Shown here: positions 25,465-36,766 of the stretch, piece after piece
Layout of the letters: each line of letters starts with the position of its first letter
Numbering within the stretch: position 1 is the stretch's first letter
Assembly: GCA_964446015.1 (NCBI GenBank)
Contig: CAYUMT010000001.1
Location: forward strand, 1-38,690
DNA: 38,690 bases
DNA from: Candidatus Hadarchaeota archaeon
GTDB taxonomy: Archaea; Hadarchaeota; Hadarchaeia; Hadarchaeales; Hadarchaeaceae
Direction: 5' to 3'
The notes under the pieces: model-generated
Told to the model about the DNA's origin: nothing
The model's input: the letters and a program-made list of their open reading frames with translations, nothing else
Database searches by the model: none
Program-made: the position numbers and the translations under genes

Positions 25465-27156
25465 CTACCTATGACCGTATACGGTGACCAATCTCGGACG
25501 CAAAGCGTCGATTCTAACAAATCCATAACGTTCGAGCTGTACTATTTCGTCAACCCTAAGTCCGGCAACGGTTGGTTCGGTTATACCGTGCTCTGATGTT
25601 GCATCCGGTTTGATCACGTCTAGCTCCACTGCACCAGCTGAAACCCATTGAAACTTTGGAACTTCGGAGACCTCCAAACCGCGAAATTCGGCTTCCACGA
25701 TGGTTCCACGCTTGGTCAACTCGACATTCATGAGGTCCTTCAATCTAAATTTATCACCAACTTTCAATCCGGATGCGTCCTCTCCCGAAATGTAGAAAAT
25801 TAGTGAATCGCCCTCGCCTTCTATGGGAAGAACGCGTTCCCCGCTATCTGGCTTGCTGGGATTAAGGCGGAGCCTAGCTTCTTTCAACTTTGGAGGATTT
25901 AGCACTTTCAACTTGATTGGGTTTGAGACGAAGAAGTAGCGGTTCGCCACCAGGTCCAAGAATTTTCTGTTGTAGGAGCAGAGAGTTTCCCAGCTCAGCG
26001 AGGCGTCGACTGGGGTCACGCCTACGTCCGATATAACCTGTCTAATCGTAGCAGGCAGGAACCCCCGTCTTCGGAGTGCGGCAATGGTTGCTAGTCTGAC
26101 ATCGTCGTGCCCGGTTATTTCACCAGCCTTAATCAATTGCATTGTCTGAGTCTTGCTGAGGACTACACCGGGCATCGTCAAGCGTCCGTACTGTACTGCG
26201 GTTGGGTAACTCCATCCCATATAATCATACAATATCTTCTGGCGCTGCTCGTTCACCTCGTGTTCCTTTCCCCTGATTATATGGGTAATACACATCTCAT
26301 GATCGTCTATTGCAGATGAAAAATTGTAAAGCGGCCAAACTGAATATTTTTTCCCGCTTTTCGGGTGAGGCTTACTGACTATGCGAAGCGCTGGCCAGTC
26401 GCGCACGGCTGGGTTTGGGTGATTCAAATCCGTCTTTATCCGGACGACCGCCTCGCCCTCCAGATAACCTCTCGTTAACATCTTGCCCCAGCGACTCAGC
26501 TGTTCCACCGTTGGGAGGTCTCTACAGGGACAAGCCACGCCGCGATCTCGAAGTTCCCTGAAAATCTCTACTTTACAATCGCACACGTATGCCCTGCCTT
26601 CTTTTAAGAGCTGTTCAGCGTAACCATGGTAATGCTCCAGCCGGTCGGATTGGAGGTATTCCTCGTCCCAGCTGAGGCCTAGCCATCTGAGGTCGCGCCT
26701 AATTAGCTCATACATCTCGAGCATCGCGTTTTCAGGGTTTGTATCCTCAAATCTCAATATGAACTTTCCCTTGTAGCGGCGGGCATAATCGTGGCTCAAA
26801 AGCGCGGCCCTTACATGTCCTATGTGTAAGGCTCCGTTTGGATTCGGGGCAAACCTAGTGACTATAACTGAATATTTATCGATGTCGGGTAAGTCAGGTA
26901 GCCCTCTCCTCTCCTCCGCCTTGGGTTTTCTAGCTGACCCAACCTTTTTCAATTGAAGAATCTGGTCGTCTTTAGGTGTTAAATTTACTTCGGCAACTAT
27001 TTGATCTACTATTATAGAAAGTTCTGCTATCTTGGATTTCCATCCCGGCGATCCCGCAAGAATCTTACCTAAAACGGCATTCGCGTTGGCTTTGCCGTTG
27101 TGCTCCACAGCATTCGTAAGGGCCCATCTAAGGACCTCCTTGCGAACATCCTCCAA
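25465..27156 (-). CDS. gltX: Glutamate-tRNA ligase
   Basis: TRFAPNPNGALHIGH, LRFEDTNP, THIIRGKEH, LSKT and QLERYGFVRID. Confidence 0.98.
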   Translation of the reverse strand: MEDVRKEVLRWALTNAVEHNGKANANAVLGKILAGSPGWKSKIAELSIIVDQIVAEVNLTPKDDQILQLKKVGSARKPKAEERRGLPDLPDIDKYSVIVTRFAPNPNGALHIGHVRAALLSHDYARRYKGKFILRFEDTNPENAMLEMYELIRRDLRWLGLSWDEEYLQSDRLEHYHGYAEQLLKEGRAYVCDCKVEIFRELRDRGVACPCRDLPTVEQLSRWGKMLTRGYLEGEAVVRIKTDLNHPNPAVRDWPALRIVSKPHPKSGKKYSVWPLYNFSSAIDDHEMCITHIIRGKEHEVNEQRQKILYDYMGWSYPTAVQYGRLTMPGVVLSKTQTMQLIKAGEITGHDDVRLATIAALRRRGFLPATIRQVISDVGVTPVDASLSWETLCSYNRKFLDLVANRYFFVSNPIKLKVLNPPKLKEARLRLNPSKPDSGERVLPIEGEGDSLIFYISGEDASGLKVGDKFRLKDLMNVELTKRGTIVEAEFRGLEVSEVPKFQWVSAGAVELDVIKPDATSEHGITEPTVAGLRVDEIVQLERYGFVRIDALRPRLVTVYGHR

Positions 27157-27229
27157 CCAATCGCCCCTAAACTTCTATTATCTCATCAACGTGAACGAAT
27201 TGGGTTTTGATGTGCGGGGTTATAAACAT

Positions 27230-28228
27230 TCAGAACTCCCTTTCGACCACGAAGTCAGCCAATTTCAACAGGGCTTTTTTTGCCACAGAGTTAGGTAAAA
27301 TATTAAGGATGGATTTTGCATCTGAAACCAGCTTTCGAGCTAGGTCGGCTGCATAGTCGATTGCACCTGTACTTTTCAAGACCTCTATCGCTTTTGTAAT
27401 ATCCGCGTTCGTTGCGTCATGTTTTCCGAGGGCGCGGAGTATAACATCCCTATCATTTTCAGACGCAACTTTTAGACCTCTAACTAATATGAGTGTCCGT
27501 TTTCCCTCCCGTATGTCGCTACCTATCGGTTTACCAAATTTCGTCTGGTTTCCCCCAATGCCGAGTAAATCATCCTGTATCTGGAAAGCTATGCCGATAA
27601 GCCGACCATAGTTGGCTAGAGCACCGAGTTGTCTCTGGTCTGCCTTGCCCAACAACCCCCCAACTTTTGCCGCTGCCTCGACCAGAGCTCCAGTCTTACC
27701 GCTAATCATTCCCATATATTCATCCTCGGTCACGTCATCTCGGGTCTCGAAGGTCATATCCAGCACCTGTCCCTGACAAAGTTGGAAACTAGCTTTGCTT
27801 AGGGTATCAAACAACTCAACTGCGCGCCCACAATCGAGCTTTAGACGCTTGGCATTTGCCGCAGCCGCCTCAAAGACTTTCGCGAATAGGGCGTCTCCGG
27901 CTATAATTGCGATCGGTTCCCCCCAAACTATGTGAACGGTTTTAACATTCCTCCTGAACTCATCATGGTCCATTATGTCGTCATGTATCAATGTGAAGTT
28001 ATGAAGTAATTCGAGCGCTGCAGCAGCTTCAATCGCGTCGCTGGGCTTTCCACCTACGGCCTCACACGCGGTCATGGTTATGCAGGGCCTCAGTCTTTTC
28101 CCTCCCGCCTCTATCAGATGCCGCGTGGCGTCGGACAATATCTTCGGTCTGAGATCCTTTGGAACCCAGCGGTCGATCTCCTTTTCCACAAGATGGGCGC
28201 GTTCTTCCAAATATTTTAATATTTCCAA
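27230..28228 (-). CDS. idsA: Geranylgeranyl diphosphate synthase (short-chain isoprenyl diphosphate synthase)
   Basis: GGKRLRP, FTLIHDDIMD (FARM), FQIQDDLLG (SARM) and GSDIREGK. Confidence 0.96.
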   Translation of the reverse strand: MEILKYLEERAHLVEKEIDRWVPKDLRPKILSDATRHLIEAGGKRLRPCITMTACEAVGGKPSDAIEAAAALELLHNFTLIHDDIMDHDEFRRNVKTVHIVWGEPIAIIAGDALFAKVFEAAAANAKRLKLDCGRAVELFDTLSKASFQLCQGQVLDMTFETRDDVTEDEYMGMISGKTGALVEAAAKVGGLLGKADQRQLGALANYGRLIGIAFQIQDDLLGIGGNQTKFGKPIGSDIREGKRTLILVRGLKVASENDRDVILRALGKHDATNADITKAIEVLKSTGAIDYAADLARKLVSDAKSILNILPNSVAKKALLKLADFVVEREF

Positions 28229-28229
28229 G

Positions 28230-29555
28230 TTAATTACCCAGCCTCAAGGAGATACCGTTTCTGAGTTGGTGAATGTTGTCGTCTGGGTATCCAAGCTCCT
28301 TCCCGAGCTCGTACATTAATCTTAGCTTGTCGGCAGTACCGTGACAGGGCACCAAGTTCTCCGGTTTAACCATGTTGATAAATTCGGACGTGTCAACCCT
28401 ACCGGCGTGACCCGAAACATGCACCCCTCGGTATATGTGGGCCCTCTTTGCCAGCAATTTTGTCTCCAGCAACTCCCTGTTTGATATGTTTATTGGATTG
28501 GGTATGACGCTCGCGGAGAAGATCACCTCGTCCTTTTCAGTGATATCTAAAGGTAGTTGACCATTCGCTATTCTGGACAAAACCGAGTTTGGCTCGCCCT
28601 GGTGTCCAGTGCAGATAAGCACAAAATCGCTGCGTGATCTGTTGACCTCCTTTAGTAAATTTCTCACAGCGTTTGGGCGACCGTGAATTCGAAGCTCAGG
28701 GGGCAAGTCCACCAACTCCAATTTCATAGCCGCTGCGCTGTAGTTGGCCAACGATCTTCCTACAAGGACGGGGGTACGACCCACTTCAAACGAAAGGTCG
28801 ATCATCGATTTTAACCTGACGATATGTGAAGAAAAAGTCGTCGCTATCACGAGACCGCCGCCAGAGCTCGCCTCGGTTATCACGTCCTTCAGCATATCGC
28901 GTGCGTGGGCTTCCGAAGGGGTAGGACCCGGCTCATCCAATCTTACGGCCCCTATCAAGGCCGCTAGAGGCCCATCTCTTGCCAAGCGTTTTAACCTGGC
29001 GCGGTCGGTTCTTTCGCCGAGCAGAGGTTGTTCATCTAGCTTGAAGTCGCTCGCGCACAACACCGATTCATCCCTATTACTGACCAAGACGAGTGCCGTT
29101 TGGAGTATGCTGTGCGTGCCACGAATAAACTCGATTTCAATCCCGTCGGCCTTAACTAGGCCGCCAGGCGCAATTGGGATCAGCTCGTTTTTTATTTTGA
29201 AACCGCTTTCCTCACGAAGTATTCTCTTGGTGAGCTCTATTGTGAACGGTGTGCCGTAAATCGGGGCATCATAGGCATGTGCCAGTTTGCCAACCGCGCC
29301 TATGTGGTCTAGATGACCGTGCGTGAGCACTATCGCCTTAACGTTACGGCCTCGCATGATGCTGTCGTCAGGGATCCCATTTATGTTTATGAGCTCCTCG
29401 CGGCTCATTTTCCCGATCTCTGCATCTTCGAAAGCCTGTATGCTGTCCAGTCTTATCCCCATATCGACAATAATGTAACTTCCGTTAAATCCAAGGGCAG
29501 TCATGTTTTTCCCGACCTCGCCCAAGCCCCCCACCGGTAGTATTTCTAACGTCAC
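28230..29555 (-). CDS. rnj: Ribonuclease J (beta-CASP)
   Basis: [29 protein letters not shown] and HVSGHA; GTG start overlaps the fni stop. Confidence 0.95.
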   Translation of the reverse strand: MTLEILPVGGLGEVGKNMTALGFNGSYIIVDMGIRLDSIQAFEDAEIGKMSREELININGIPDDSIMRGRNVKAIVLTHGHLDHIGAVGKLAHAYDAPIYGTPFTIELTKRILREESGFKIKNELIPIAPGGLVKADGIEIEFIRGTHSILQTALVLVSNRDESVLCASDFKLDEQPLLGERTDRARLKRLARDGPLAALIGAVRLDEPGPTPSEAHARDMLKDVITEASSGGGLVIATTFSSHIVRLKSMIDLSFEVGRTPVLVGRSLANYSAAAMKLELVDLPPELRIHGRPNAVRNLLKEVNRSRSDFVLICTGHQGEPNSVLSRIANGQLPLDITEKDEVIFSASVIPNPINISNRELLETKLLAKRAHIYRGVHVSGHAGRVDTSEFINMVKPENLVPCHGTADKLRLMYELGKELGYPDDNIHQLRNGISLRLGN

Positions 29556-30637
29556 GATATCCGGTTCCTTCCGAGTTTTTCGATGTCCACACCGCGTGCT
29601 GATAACCATTCACGTGTTTTACCAGTGACGACGATTTGAGTTCTGCGCAGGTCCCCTGTCCGCTTACAGCTAGTTAAGAACATGGCGGCCTTAAGTTCTG
29701 CAATGAAGTTTCGTAGAAATTCCATCACATCGCCTTTCTTCCCTTGCGCTATACGGAGAACTGGCAAAGCGATTCCAACTAAGTCTGCGCCCAATGCCAA
29801 AGCCTTAGCTGCGTCAAGCCCCGACCTTATGCCGCCGCTAGCTATCACGGGCACGTCCACCGCGGCTGCGACCTCAGCTGTGCAAACTGCCGTAGGTATG
29901 CCCCAGTCCCAAAAGGTCATGCCAATACTAGATCTGGCTTTGGTCCTCAGAGTCTCAACGCCTGCCCACGAAGTGCCGCCCGCGCCACTGACGTCAACTG
30001 CTGCTGCCCCAGCATCGACGAGTTCTCCGGCTACCTCCGCGCTGACTCCACTGCCAGTTTCCTTGGCGATGACAGCCACATCAAGTCCCTTACAAACTTC
30101 AGCGAAATTTTCGAGAGCACCCCTGTACATAGGTTCTCCCTCAGGCTGCGCGAGCTCCTGTAGAGGGTTCATGTGTATTGAGAGACCATCCGCATCGATC
30201 ATCTCGATCGCTTTGCGAGCTTCTGTAACACCGTAACCCTGTGTCAGCTGCGGCATACCCAAGTTGCCGATTAGGAAAATGTCCGGTGCCACTTTCCTGA
30301 CCCTGTATGTCCTTGCCAAACTCGGATTCTCGATTGCCGCTCTCTGACTCCCGACTTCGAAAGCAATGCCGAGTTCTTGAGCAGCGGATGCCATAGTTAA
30401 ATTGAATCTCTCGCCAAATTTGTTCCCGCCTGTCATCGCCGTGATCATTATGGGCGCGTTGAGCTTGACCCCCAAGAAAGAGGTCTTTAAATCTACCTCA
30501 TTCAGGTCAATTCCCGGGAGTGCTCTGTGCACAAACTCTATATCTTCGAACCCCGTGGACTTGAACATGGCTTCAACATTTTCCCTCAAACATATTTTAA
30601 GGTGATCAATCTTTCTCCTGACGGTTTTGCCGGACAT
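29552..30637 (-). CDS. fni: Type 2 isopentenyl-diphosphate delta-isomerase
   Basis: [32 protein letters not shown] and GAGGTSW. Confidence 0.97.
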   Translation of the reverse strand: MSGKTVRRKIDHLKICLRENVEAMFKSTGFEDIEFVHRALPGIDLNEVDLKTSFLGVKLNAPIMITAMTGGNKFGERFNLTMASAAQELGIAFEVGSQRAAIENPSLARTYRVRKVAPDIFLIGNLGMPQLTQGYGVTEARKAIEMIDADGLSIHMNPLQELAQPEGEPMYRGALENFAEVCKGLDVAVIAKETGSGVSAEVAGELVDAGAAAVDVSGAGGTSWAGVETLRTKARSSIGMTFWDWGIPTAVCTAEVAAAVDVPVIASGGIRSGLDAAKALALGADLVGIALPVLRIAQGKKGDVMEFLRNFIAELKAAMFLTSCKRTGDLRRTQIVVTGKTREWLSARGVDIEKLGRNRIS

Positions 30638-30641
30638 TTTA

Positions 30642-31436
30642 TTACCCCCTGGATATGATCGTGCCTAAGCCACGTTTTCCATGAGTTGCATCTTTAATTA
30701 CGTTGGGTTTCGTTGCATTTACTATTTCCGCTTTAATCCCCTTGGTGGCCAACTCCAGCAGCTCCTCCACTTTTTTTCTCATGCCGCCGGTGACATCTTT
30801 CATGCCCGCAGCATCTACTGAAGTTATGAGTCCTCTGTCGTCGGGGGTTATCTTTCTGACTAAGATTGCGTCCTCATCCTTTTTGGGATTGGTTGTGCAC
30901 ACGCCGTCAACATCAACGCCTACTATGACTCTGGATGCCCCCAGTTCCTTTGCCAAGTAGACAACTATTTGGTCCCCAGATAATATGCTCATCCCCCTTT
31001 TGCAGTCTGGGACGGCATCCCCATATAATACGGGTACGAGCCTTAGGGCAAGAAGTTTTTTTATAGGTTGAACTTCCATGGACTTTATCCTTCCATCGCT
31101 GACCACCGCACATGCTGAGGGCTGTATCGCGATTGCAGGTATTCCAGCCTTTTGAAATGCATCTATCACATGCGAGTTCAAACGCTCCATGGCCCGATGC
31201 GTCAGTGAAAGGCCCATCAGTTGGCTTTTACCTCTATAACCCTCAGCTATTTTATATTTCGATGCAACGGGATGTCCAAATGAGCCGCCCCCATGCACTA
31301 CAATAAGGGGACCCTTAAACGTGGCTAACTCCCTTGCGAGCCTTTTTAGAGTCGCTAGTTTTATCGAAAAGCTTTTGTTTTTATCGGTGATAACGCTTCC
31401 ACCCAGCTTGACAACAACAGGTTTCACCAATTTCAC
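30642..31436 (-). CDS. ipk: Isopentenyl phosphate kinase
   Basis: [18 protein letters not shown] (IPK signature His), SGDQI and [10 protein letters not shown]. Confidence 0.95.
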   Translation of the reverse strand: MKLVKPVVVKLGGSVITDKNKSFSIKLATLKRLARELATFKGPLIVVHGGGSFGHPVASKYKIAEGYRGKSQLMGLSLTHRAMERLNSHVIDAFQKAGIPAIAIQPSACAVVSDGRIKSMEVQPIKKLLALRLVPVLYGDAVPDCKRGMSILSGDQIVVYLAKELGASRVIVGVDVDGVCTTNPKKDEDAILVRKITPDDRGLITSVDAAGMKDVTGGMRKKVEELLELATKGIKAEIVNATKPNVIKDATHGKRGLGTIISRG

Positions 31437-32272
31437 CTCAGCACAGATATCGAGCCGTATCCAACTACCTGTGCCATGGGTCCAGCAGTATCGCCACTCG
31501 TCGCATACTTCAAAAGTTCCGCCTTCTTAGCGCCGAGTTTTTTCGCGGCCTGCAGCATGGCCGAAACTGGTCCGTATCCACACATGGTAATTCCTTCTTC
31601 CTCCACTATTCGCACAACGCCAGCCGGATCCATCGCCAGTATCCTGTCGATCACCTTCCTGTCCCTCTCGGCAGCAGACCTCTGCGGTTCGTAGTGGGTA
31701 AAATCCGTGGATGCAACGATCACGATGTCCTTCCCTGACGATGCCTCGGCCACAGCGCTGCCAACTTCCATACTAGTTTGTTCGTCTTGCAGCATCATGC
31801 ATATTGGAACAATTTTGAATTCCCCGTTAAAGAGGTGCTGCAGGAAAGGCAGTTGTACCTCGAGGGAGTGTTCATGAGCATGAGCAACTTCGTCAATGTC
31901 GATTATATCAGAATTTCGCTTTATAGCTTCGCCCAATCCCTTGTCTATCTGGGTCCCACCCATGGGCGTGACCCACTTACCTGATGTGATTATTGAGACG
32001 CCAGAACCGGTTCCAGAGTGGTTGGGACCGATAATCACCACCGAGTCCGGTTTTCCATCTTGCGCCATTTTGGCGAAACCATGCGCTGCGACCGGCCCGG
32101 AATACATGTATCCTGCATGAGGTGAAACCAAGCCCACCAGCCGCCGCGGTCCCGCTCTAACTTTTGGCAATTTACCCGTCCCATGGCGATTTGTGTAGCA
32201 CCACTCAATTTGTTTTACAAGGGCTGATTTGGTGCCTTTATAGAACTGTCCCGCAACCGCAGGAGGCCTCAC
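31433..32272 (-). CDS. MEMO1 family protein (AmmeMemoRadiSam system protein B)
   Basis: RPPAVAGQFY, PHAGYMYSG, GPNH, EHSLEVQLPFLQ, STDFTHYE and MCGYGP. Confidence 0.95.
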   Translation of the reverse strand: MRPPAVAGQFYKGTKSALVKQIEWCYTNRHGTGKLPKVRAGPRRLVGLVSPHAGYMYSGPVAAHGFAKMAQDGKPDSVVIIGPNHSGTGSGVSIITSGKWVTPMGGTQIDKGLGEAIKRNSDIIDIDEVAHAHEHSLEVQLPFLQHLFNGEFKIVPICMMLQDEQTSMEVGSAVAEASSGKDIVIVASTDFTHYEPQRSAAERDRKVIDRILAMDPAGVVRIVEEEGITMCGYGPVSAMLQAAKKLGAKKAELLKYATSGDTAGPMAQVVGYGSISVLR

Positions 32273-32902
32273 TCATTCACCGCCAGCTTGGGTCTCGAAC
32301 TCCTCAACCTTTACCTCAAAAGGCTGATCCTTTGCTAGTTCGCCTCTCTCCCTTAACACTTGGCGAGAAAGAAGCCAATAGACGAGAGCGAGAGCCTTGC
32401 GCCCTTTGTTGTTGGTCGGGATTATCAGGTCTATGTCCGCAGTTTCGTTATCGGTATCACATAGGCCCACAACGGCTATGCCCATTCGAGCGGCCTCGCG
32501 AAGTGGCTGTTCATCCGCGATCGGGTCCGTAATTACTAGGATCTCTGGCTCCATGTAGCCCACGTAGTGTGGGTTGGTAAATGTCCCAGGAATGAACCTC
32601 CCTACCATAGCTTTTGCCCCGGTGACTTCGCAAAATCGCTTGGCCGGCTGCTGTCCATACTGCCGAGCCGATACGACGACGATTTTGGACTTGTCAAATC
32701 TCGCCAAGAATTTGCCTACAACCGCTATGCGTTCGTCGGTCTTTCTAATGTCAAGGACGTACAGACCGTCCGGCCTTGCTCTATAGATGAATGGCTTCAT
32801 GGCTCCCGTCTTTTGCGTCGTACCTATGTGAACGCCGCTTGACAGGTAGGCATCAAAATCTATCAGGCCAACTGCGCCCTCACCGAATTCCGATACGTTC
32901 AT
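32273..32902 (-). CDS. rps2: 30S ribosomal protein S2
   Basis: [22 protein letters not shown] and [10 protein letters not shown]. Confidence 0.98.
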   Translation of the reverse strand: MNVSEFGEGAVGLIDFDAYLSSGVHIGTTQKTGAMKPFIYRARPDGLYVLDIRKTDERIAVVGKFLARFDKSKIVVVSARQYGQQPAKRFCEVTGAKAMVGRFIPGTFTNPHYVGYMEPEILVITDPIADEQPLREAARMGIAVVGLCDTDNETADIDLIIPTNNKGRKALALVYWLLSRQVLRERGELAKDQPFEVKVEEFETQAGGE

Positions 32903-34167
32903 CTCAATCTACCCATTTTTGCCCTCTTATCCAGTTCTTCCTCTATACGGATTAGTTCATTAAGTTTAGCGATGCGCTCGCCTCCCACCACTCCCGTCTT
33001 TATCATGGGACAACGCCAAGCAACAGCCAGATGTGCTATCGTCTCGTCAGTGGTCTCTCCGGACCTGTGCGAGATAACCGGCGTGTATTTGTTCCTCTTT
33101 GCCAGCTCTACAGCTCTCAATGTGTCGGTTAGGGTTCCTATCTGGTTCGGCTTTATCAAGACGGCATTCGCGGCATTTGAAATTATTCCCGTCTGAATCA
33201 GCTTCACGTTCGTGACGAAAAGATCGTCACCGCATATCAAACATTTCCTCCCTATTTTTTTAGTCAGCTCAGCGAAGCCCTCGAAATCCTCTTCTGCTAG
33301 CGGATCCTCGACGTAAAAAAGCCCATACTTTTCAACGAGATTTGTGATGAAATCTATCTGCTCCCCCCTATCTCGCGTCAAGCCTTCCCTCTTGTAGACG
33401 TATTCTCCTTTTTCATCGTCATAGAAACTGCTAGCGGCCACATCCAGCGCTGGCCTAATCTCCAAGCCAAGCTCTCCGCTGACCTCCCCACACGCACTGG
33501 AAAGAAGTTCGAGCGCTTCCTCATTGTTCATATTTGGAGCCCATGCGCCTTCGTCGCCCTTTCCGCCCGTAAATGTGCTGTTGGACTGCATGAGCATCGC
33601 CCTGACTTTTTTGTGAACCTTGGAATTTGCAAGGAAGGCTTCTACAAATTTTTTTGCCCCGACAGCAACTACCAAAAACTCCTGAATATCAGGGGCCCTT
33701 CCTCCTGCGTGCTTACCCCCCCCGATGATGTTTCCGAGGGGATATGGGAGCTCACAAGCCTTTCCGCCCCCCAAATAAACGAACAACGGCACTTGTTTGA
33801 CCGCTGCAGCTGCCTTTGCCACAGCCATGGAGACAGCTACCGTAGTGTTTCCTCCCAGCTCGGACAAGTCAGGAGTTCCATCTATCCCGCGAAGAGCCTC
33901 GTCAACTTTTGCCTGATTAAAAGCATCTAAATTTGCCAACTTCGGCACGAGCTTTCCTACCTTTTCTATTGCCCCGTCCACTCCACCAGCGGGTAAGTCC
34001 ACTACCTCATATCTGCCCTTGCTGGCACCGCTGGGGGCCGCAGCCCTGCCAAAGGCGACCCTCTTACCTTCCTTCACCGTTACTTCCACCTCTATAGTCG
34101 GGTCGCCGCGGCTGTTCAAGATCTTTCGTGCGTTAATTTTCTTAATTGTGAGCTTATGCAAGTCCAT
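32899..34167 (-). CDS. eno: Enolase
   Basis: [46 protein letters not shown] and [14 protein letters not shown]. Confidence 0.98.
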   Translation of the reverse strand: MDLHKLTIKKINARKILNSRGDPTIEVEVTVKEGKRVAFGRAAAPSGASKGRYEVVDLPAGGVDGAIEKVGKLVPKLANLDAFNQAKVDEALRGIDGTPDLSELGGNTTVAVSMAVAKAAAAVKQVPLFVYLGGGKACELPYPLGNIIGGGKHAGGRAPDIQEFLVVAVGAKKFVEAFLANSKVHKKVRAMLMQSNSTFTGGKGDEGAWAPNMNNEEALELLSSACGEVSGELGLEIRPALDVAASSFYDDEKGEYVYKREGLTRDRGEQIDFITNLVEKYGLFYVEDPLAEEDFEGFAELTKKIGRKCLICGDDLFVTNVKLIQTGIISNAANAVLIKPNQIGTLTDTLRAVELAKRNKYTPVISHRSGETTDETIAHLAVAWRCPMIKTGVVGGERIAKLNELIRIEEELDKRAKMGRLR

Positions 34168-34300
34168 CGCCTATTCGACATGGTTTGGATGCTTTAAAAT
34201 ATTTCCATTTTTGCGGTTTTAGAATTAATATCCCACGGCATCTATCCAAAATCCTACATTTGTTCGTTTCCATTTTCATTCGAGTGAACGATAATCGAGA

Positions 34301-34308
34301 CTTTAAAT
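34301..34308 (+). promoter_or_regulatory. TATA box for a probably leaderless oxidoreductase transcript
   Basis: TTTAAATA ending 23 nt before ATG 34332; no RBS visible. Confidence 0.55.
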
Positions 34309-34331
34309 ATTATTAGTCATAATCAAATTTC

Positions 34332-36674
34332 ATGCGTGAAGCTGACGCCGCTCAGATTTTCAGGACTACTTGTAGGCAATGTTACATAGAATGTGGATGC
34401 TACGTAAAGGTGAAGGACGGCAGGGCTGTAGAAATAGTGGGTGATAAGGAACACCCAATGAGCAAGGGAGCAATGTGCGTAAAGGGACTTTCTTCCCTGG
34501 AGGTTCAGTACAGCCCGGATCGCCTTTTGTATCCGATGATGAGGACAAGAAAGAGGGGGGAGGGCAAATGGAAGAGGATAACTTGGGACGAGGCCCTCGA
34601 ATACATCTCGGAGAAGCTCAGCGAAATAAAGAAGAAGTATGGGCCCGAGAGCGTCTGCGTCAACTGCGGGCCTTACGTCTCATTCGCTCCAGCGTACCTA
34701 TTGACCCGTTCACTCGGAAGCCCCAACGTCTCCGCCGACGCTTGCGTTTGTGAGGGCGCTTCCGTGATCGCGGGAGGCTTAACTGTAGGTGCGCTTTTCA
34801 CTTCCATTAGGCCAGGAGATTATGAAAACAGCAAATACATATTGATATGGGGCAGCAACACCGCGGTCACTCACCCGGTCTACTGGAATGGTGTCGTCCG
34901 CGCGCGAAAGAAAGGCGCGAAGGTCGTGGTCATAGATCCCAAGAGGTCGGAAACGGCCCAGAGGGCTGATAAATGGCTGTGCATACGGCCGGGTACAGAC
35001 GCGGCCCTGGCCCTAGGGATGCTGAACTACATCGTCAAGGAAAAACTTTATGACGAGCGGTTCGTCAAGGACTGGACTAACGCCTCTTTTTTGGTGAGGA
35101 TGGATAACTTGGAACTTTTAACTGAAAGGGATACCCGTCGAGATGGAAGCTCCGAGAAATATGTGATCTGGGACGACAGAAGCAAGACGACTAAAATCTA
35201 CGACCCAAAAAAGGATGCATTGGCTAAGCTGGGCGGGTCAATCGATGGAAAATGCACCGTGACTGCAGAGGGAAATGTAAAGATCGAATGCAAACCGGCT
35301 TGGCAGGTCTTGGTAGATCACCTGAGGGATTATCCCCTCAGCGAAGTTTCAAAGATAACCGACATACCTGAGGAGGACATAATCGAGCTGGCCCATGAAT
35401 ATGCCGAAGCCGACGGCGCATGTATCTTGGACCGTTTGGGATTGGTTCAAAATGAAAACGCTGTCTATGCCGCATTGGCGGTCGTCCTACTGATAATCAC
35501 TACAGGGAATGTCGATGTGAAGGGTGGAAATCTACTGCCGAGGAGGTTCCACGAAAAATTCCTGCCTCGAACGGTCTTCATCCTAGGGAAGGATTGGAGA
35601 CTACCAGAGGAAGTGGAGAACTCCAAAATGCTCGGTGCGAAAGAATACCCCCTAATTTGCGGGCCGGATGGTTTCATAGGTCTGTGCCAAGATGCATCCG
35701 TTTTCAAGGCCATGCTAAGCGGGTCGATTAAGGCCTACATACTGACCGGAATGAACGATCTAATCACCCAAGCGGATTCAAAGATTGTTGAGCAGGCCCT
35801 TAAAAATCTCGAGCTGTTCGTCGTCCAAGACCTTTTCATGAATCCCAGTTGCGAGCTTGCCGACATAGTGTTGCCGTCTACGTATTGGGTGGAGGAAGAC
35901 GACATAACGGGAGATTTTGTCCATCAAGCCGTCACAATCAAGCAGAAGGCAGTCGAGCCGTTGGGGGAGTGCTGGGGCACCAACAAATTCTACATAGAGC
36001 TGGCCAACTTGCTTGAGCGGAAGGGATATATAAAAAACATGATGCCTTGGAGAAGCGTTGGGGAATATTTGGACTACAGGCTGCGCGGTACGGGCTACAC
36101 TTTTGAAAAACTGAGGGAGAGGGGGATGGTTTCCGTGAATTTGAAGTACAAGATCTACGAGGACAAGGGGTTCAACACGCCCTCCGGGAAGGTCGAGATA
36201 TATCCGATTAAGTTGAGAAAGCACGGTTACGACGCGTTGCCGAGTTATAAAAATCTTGACATGACAAGCGAGGAGTATCCCCTTATTCTCGTTGGGGGCA
36301 GGGAACTGATGTACCTGCATTCATCCCTCAGAAACATTCCCGCTCTGCGTAAATTGTCTCAGGAGCCCATAGCTGAAATCCACACCAGCGTCGCCACTAG
36401 GTCAGGAATAAAGGATGGGGACTGGATCTGGATTGAAGTGCCGAAGGGGAGGATAACTCAAAGGGCGAGCGTGACGAATGAGATACATCCCAAATGCGTC
36501 CGGGTAAAAAACTTCTGGTGGTATCCGGAAAAGCCTGCACCAGAACACGGATGCTTTGAATCAAACTTTAACGTACTCACGTCTATAGATGGACCATACG
36601 ATCCGATACTTGGGTGCACTCGGCTTAGAGGACTTGCTTGTAGAATTCGTAAAGCTGAAACGCGAGATGTATAA
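34332..36674 (+). CDS. Mo/W-bisPGD oxidoreductase of the DMSO reductase superfamily, acetylene-hydratase-like clade
   Basis: N-terminal 4Fe-4S motif CRQCYIEC...CVKG, RPGTDAALALG, ADIVLP, TPSGKVEI and C-terminal WWYPE...ESNFNVLT...DPILG; no Tat signal. Confidence 0.92.
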   Translation: MREADAAQIFRTTCRQCYIECGCYVKVKDGRAVEIVGDKEHPMSKGAMCVKGLSSLEVQYSPDRLLYPMMRTRKRGEGKWKRITWDEALEYISEKLSEIKKKYGPESVCVNCGPYVSFAPAYLLTRSLGSPNVSADACVCEGASVIAGGLTVGALFTSIRPGDYENSKYILIWGSNTAVTHPVYWNGVVRARKKGAKVVVIDPKRSETAQRADKWLCIRPGTDAALALGMLNYIVKEKLYDERFVKDWTNASFLVRMDNLELLTERDTRRDGSSEKYVIWDDRSKTTKIYDPKKDALAKLGGSIDGKCTVTAEGNVKIECKPAWQVLVDHLRDYPLSEVSKITDIPEEDIIELAHEYAEADGACILDRLGLVQNENAVYAALAVVLLIITTGNVDVKGGNLLPRRFHEKFLPRTVFILGKDWRLPEEVENSKMLGAKEYPLICGPDGFIGLCQDASVFKAMLSGSIKAYILTGMNDLITQADSKIVEQALKNLELFVVQDLFMNPSCELADIVLPSTYWVEEDDITGDFVHQAVTIKQKAVEPLGECWGTNKFYIELANLLERKGYIKNMMPWRSVGEYLDYRLRGTGYTFEKLRERGMVSVNLKYKIYEDKGFNTPSGKVEIYPIKLRKHGYDALPSYKNLDMTSEEYPLILVGGRELMYLHSSLRNIPALRKLSQEPIAEIHTSVATRSGIKDGDWIWIEVPKGRITQRASVTNEIHPKCVRVKNFWWYPEKPAPEHGCFESNFNVLTSIDGPYDPILGCTRLRGLACRIRKAETRDV

Positions 36675-36766
36675 CTTACAGTATTGGGGTAAAGCAACTG
36701 AAAAATAATCTGAGGTTTCTAATTCGTTCAGGTTTATCTTTTTAAAAGAGACCATTTAAGTTTCCT

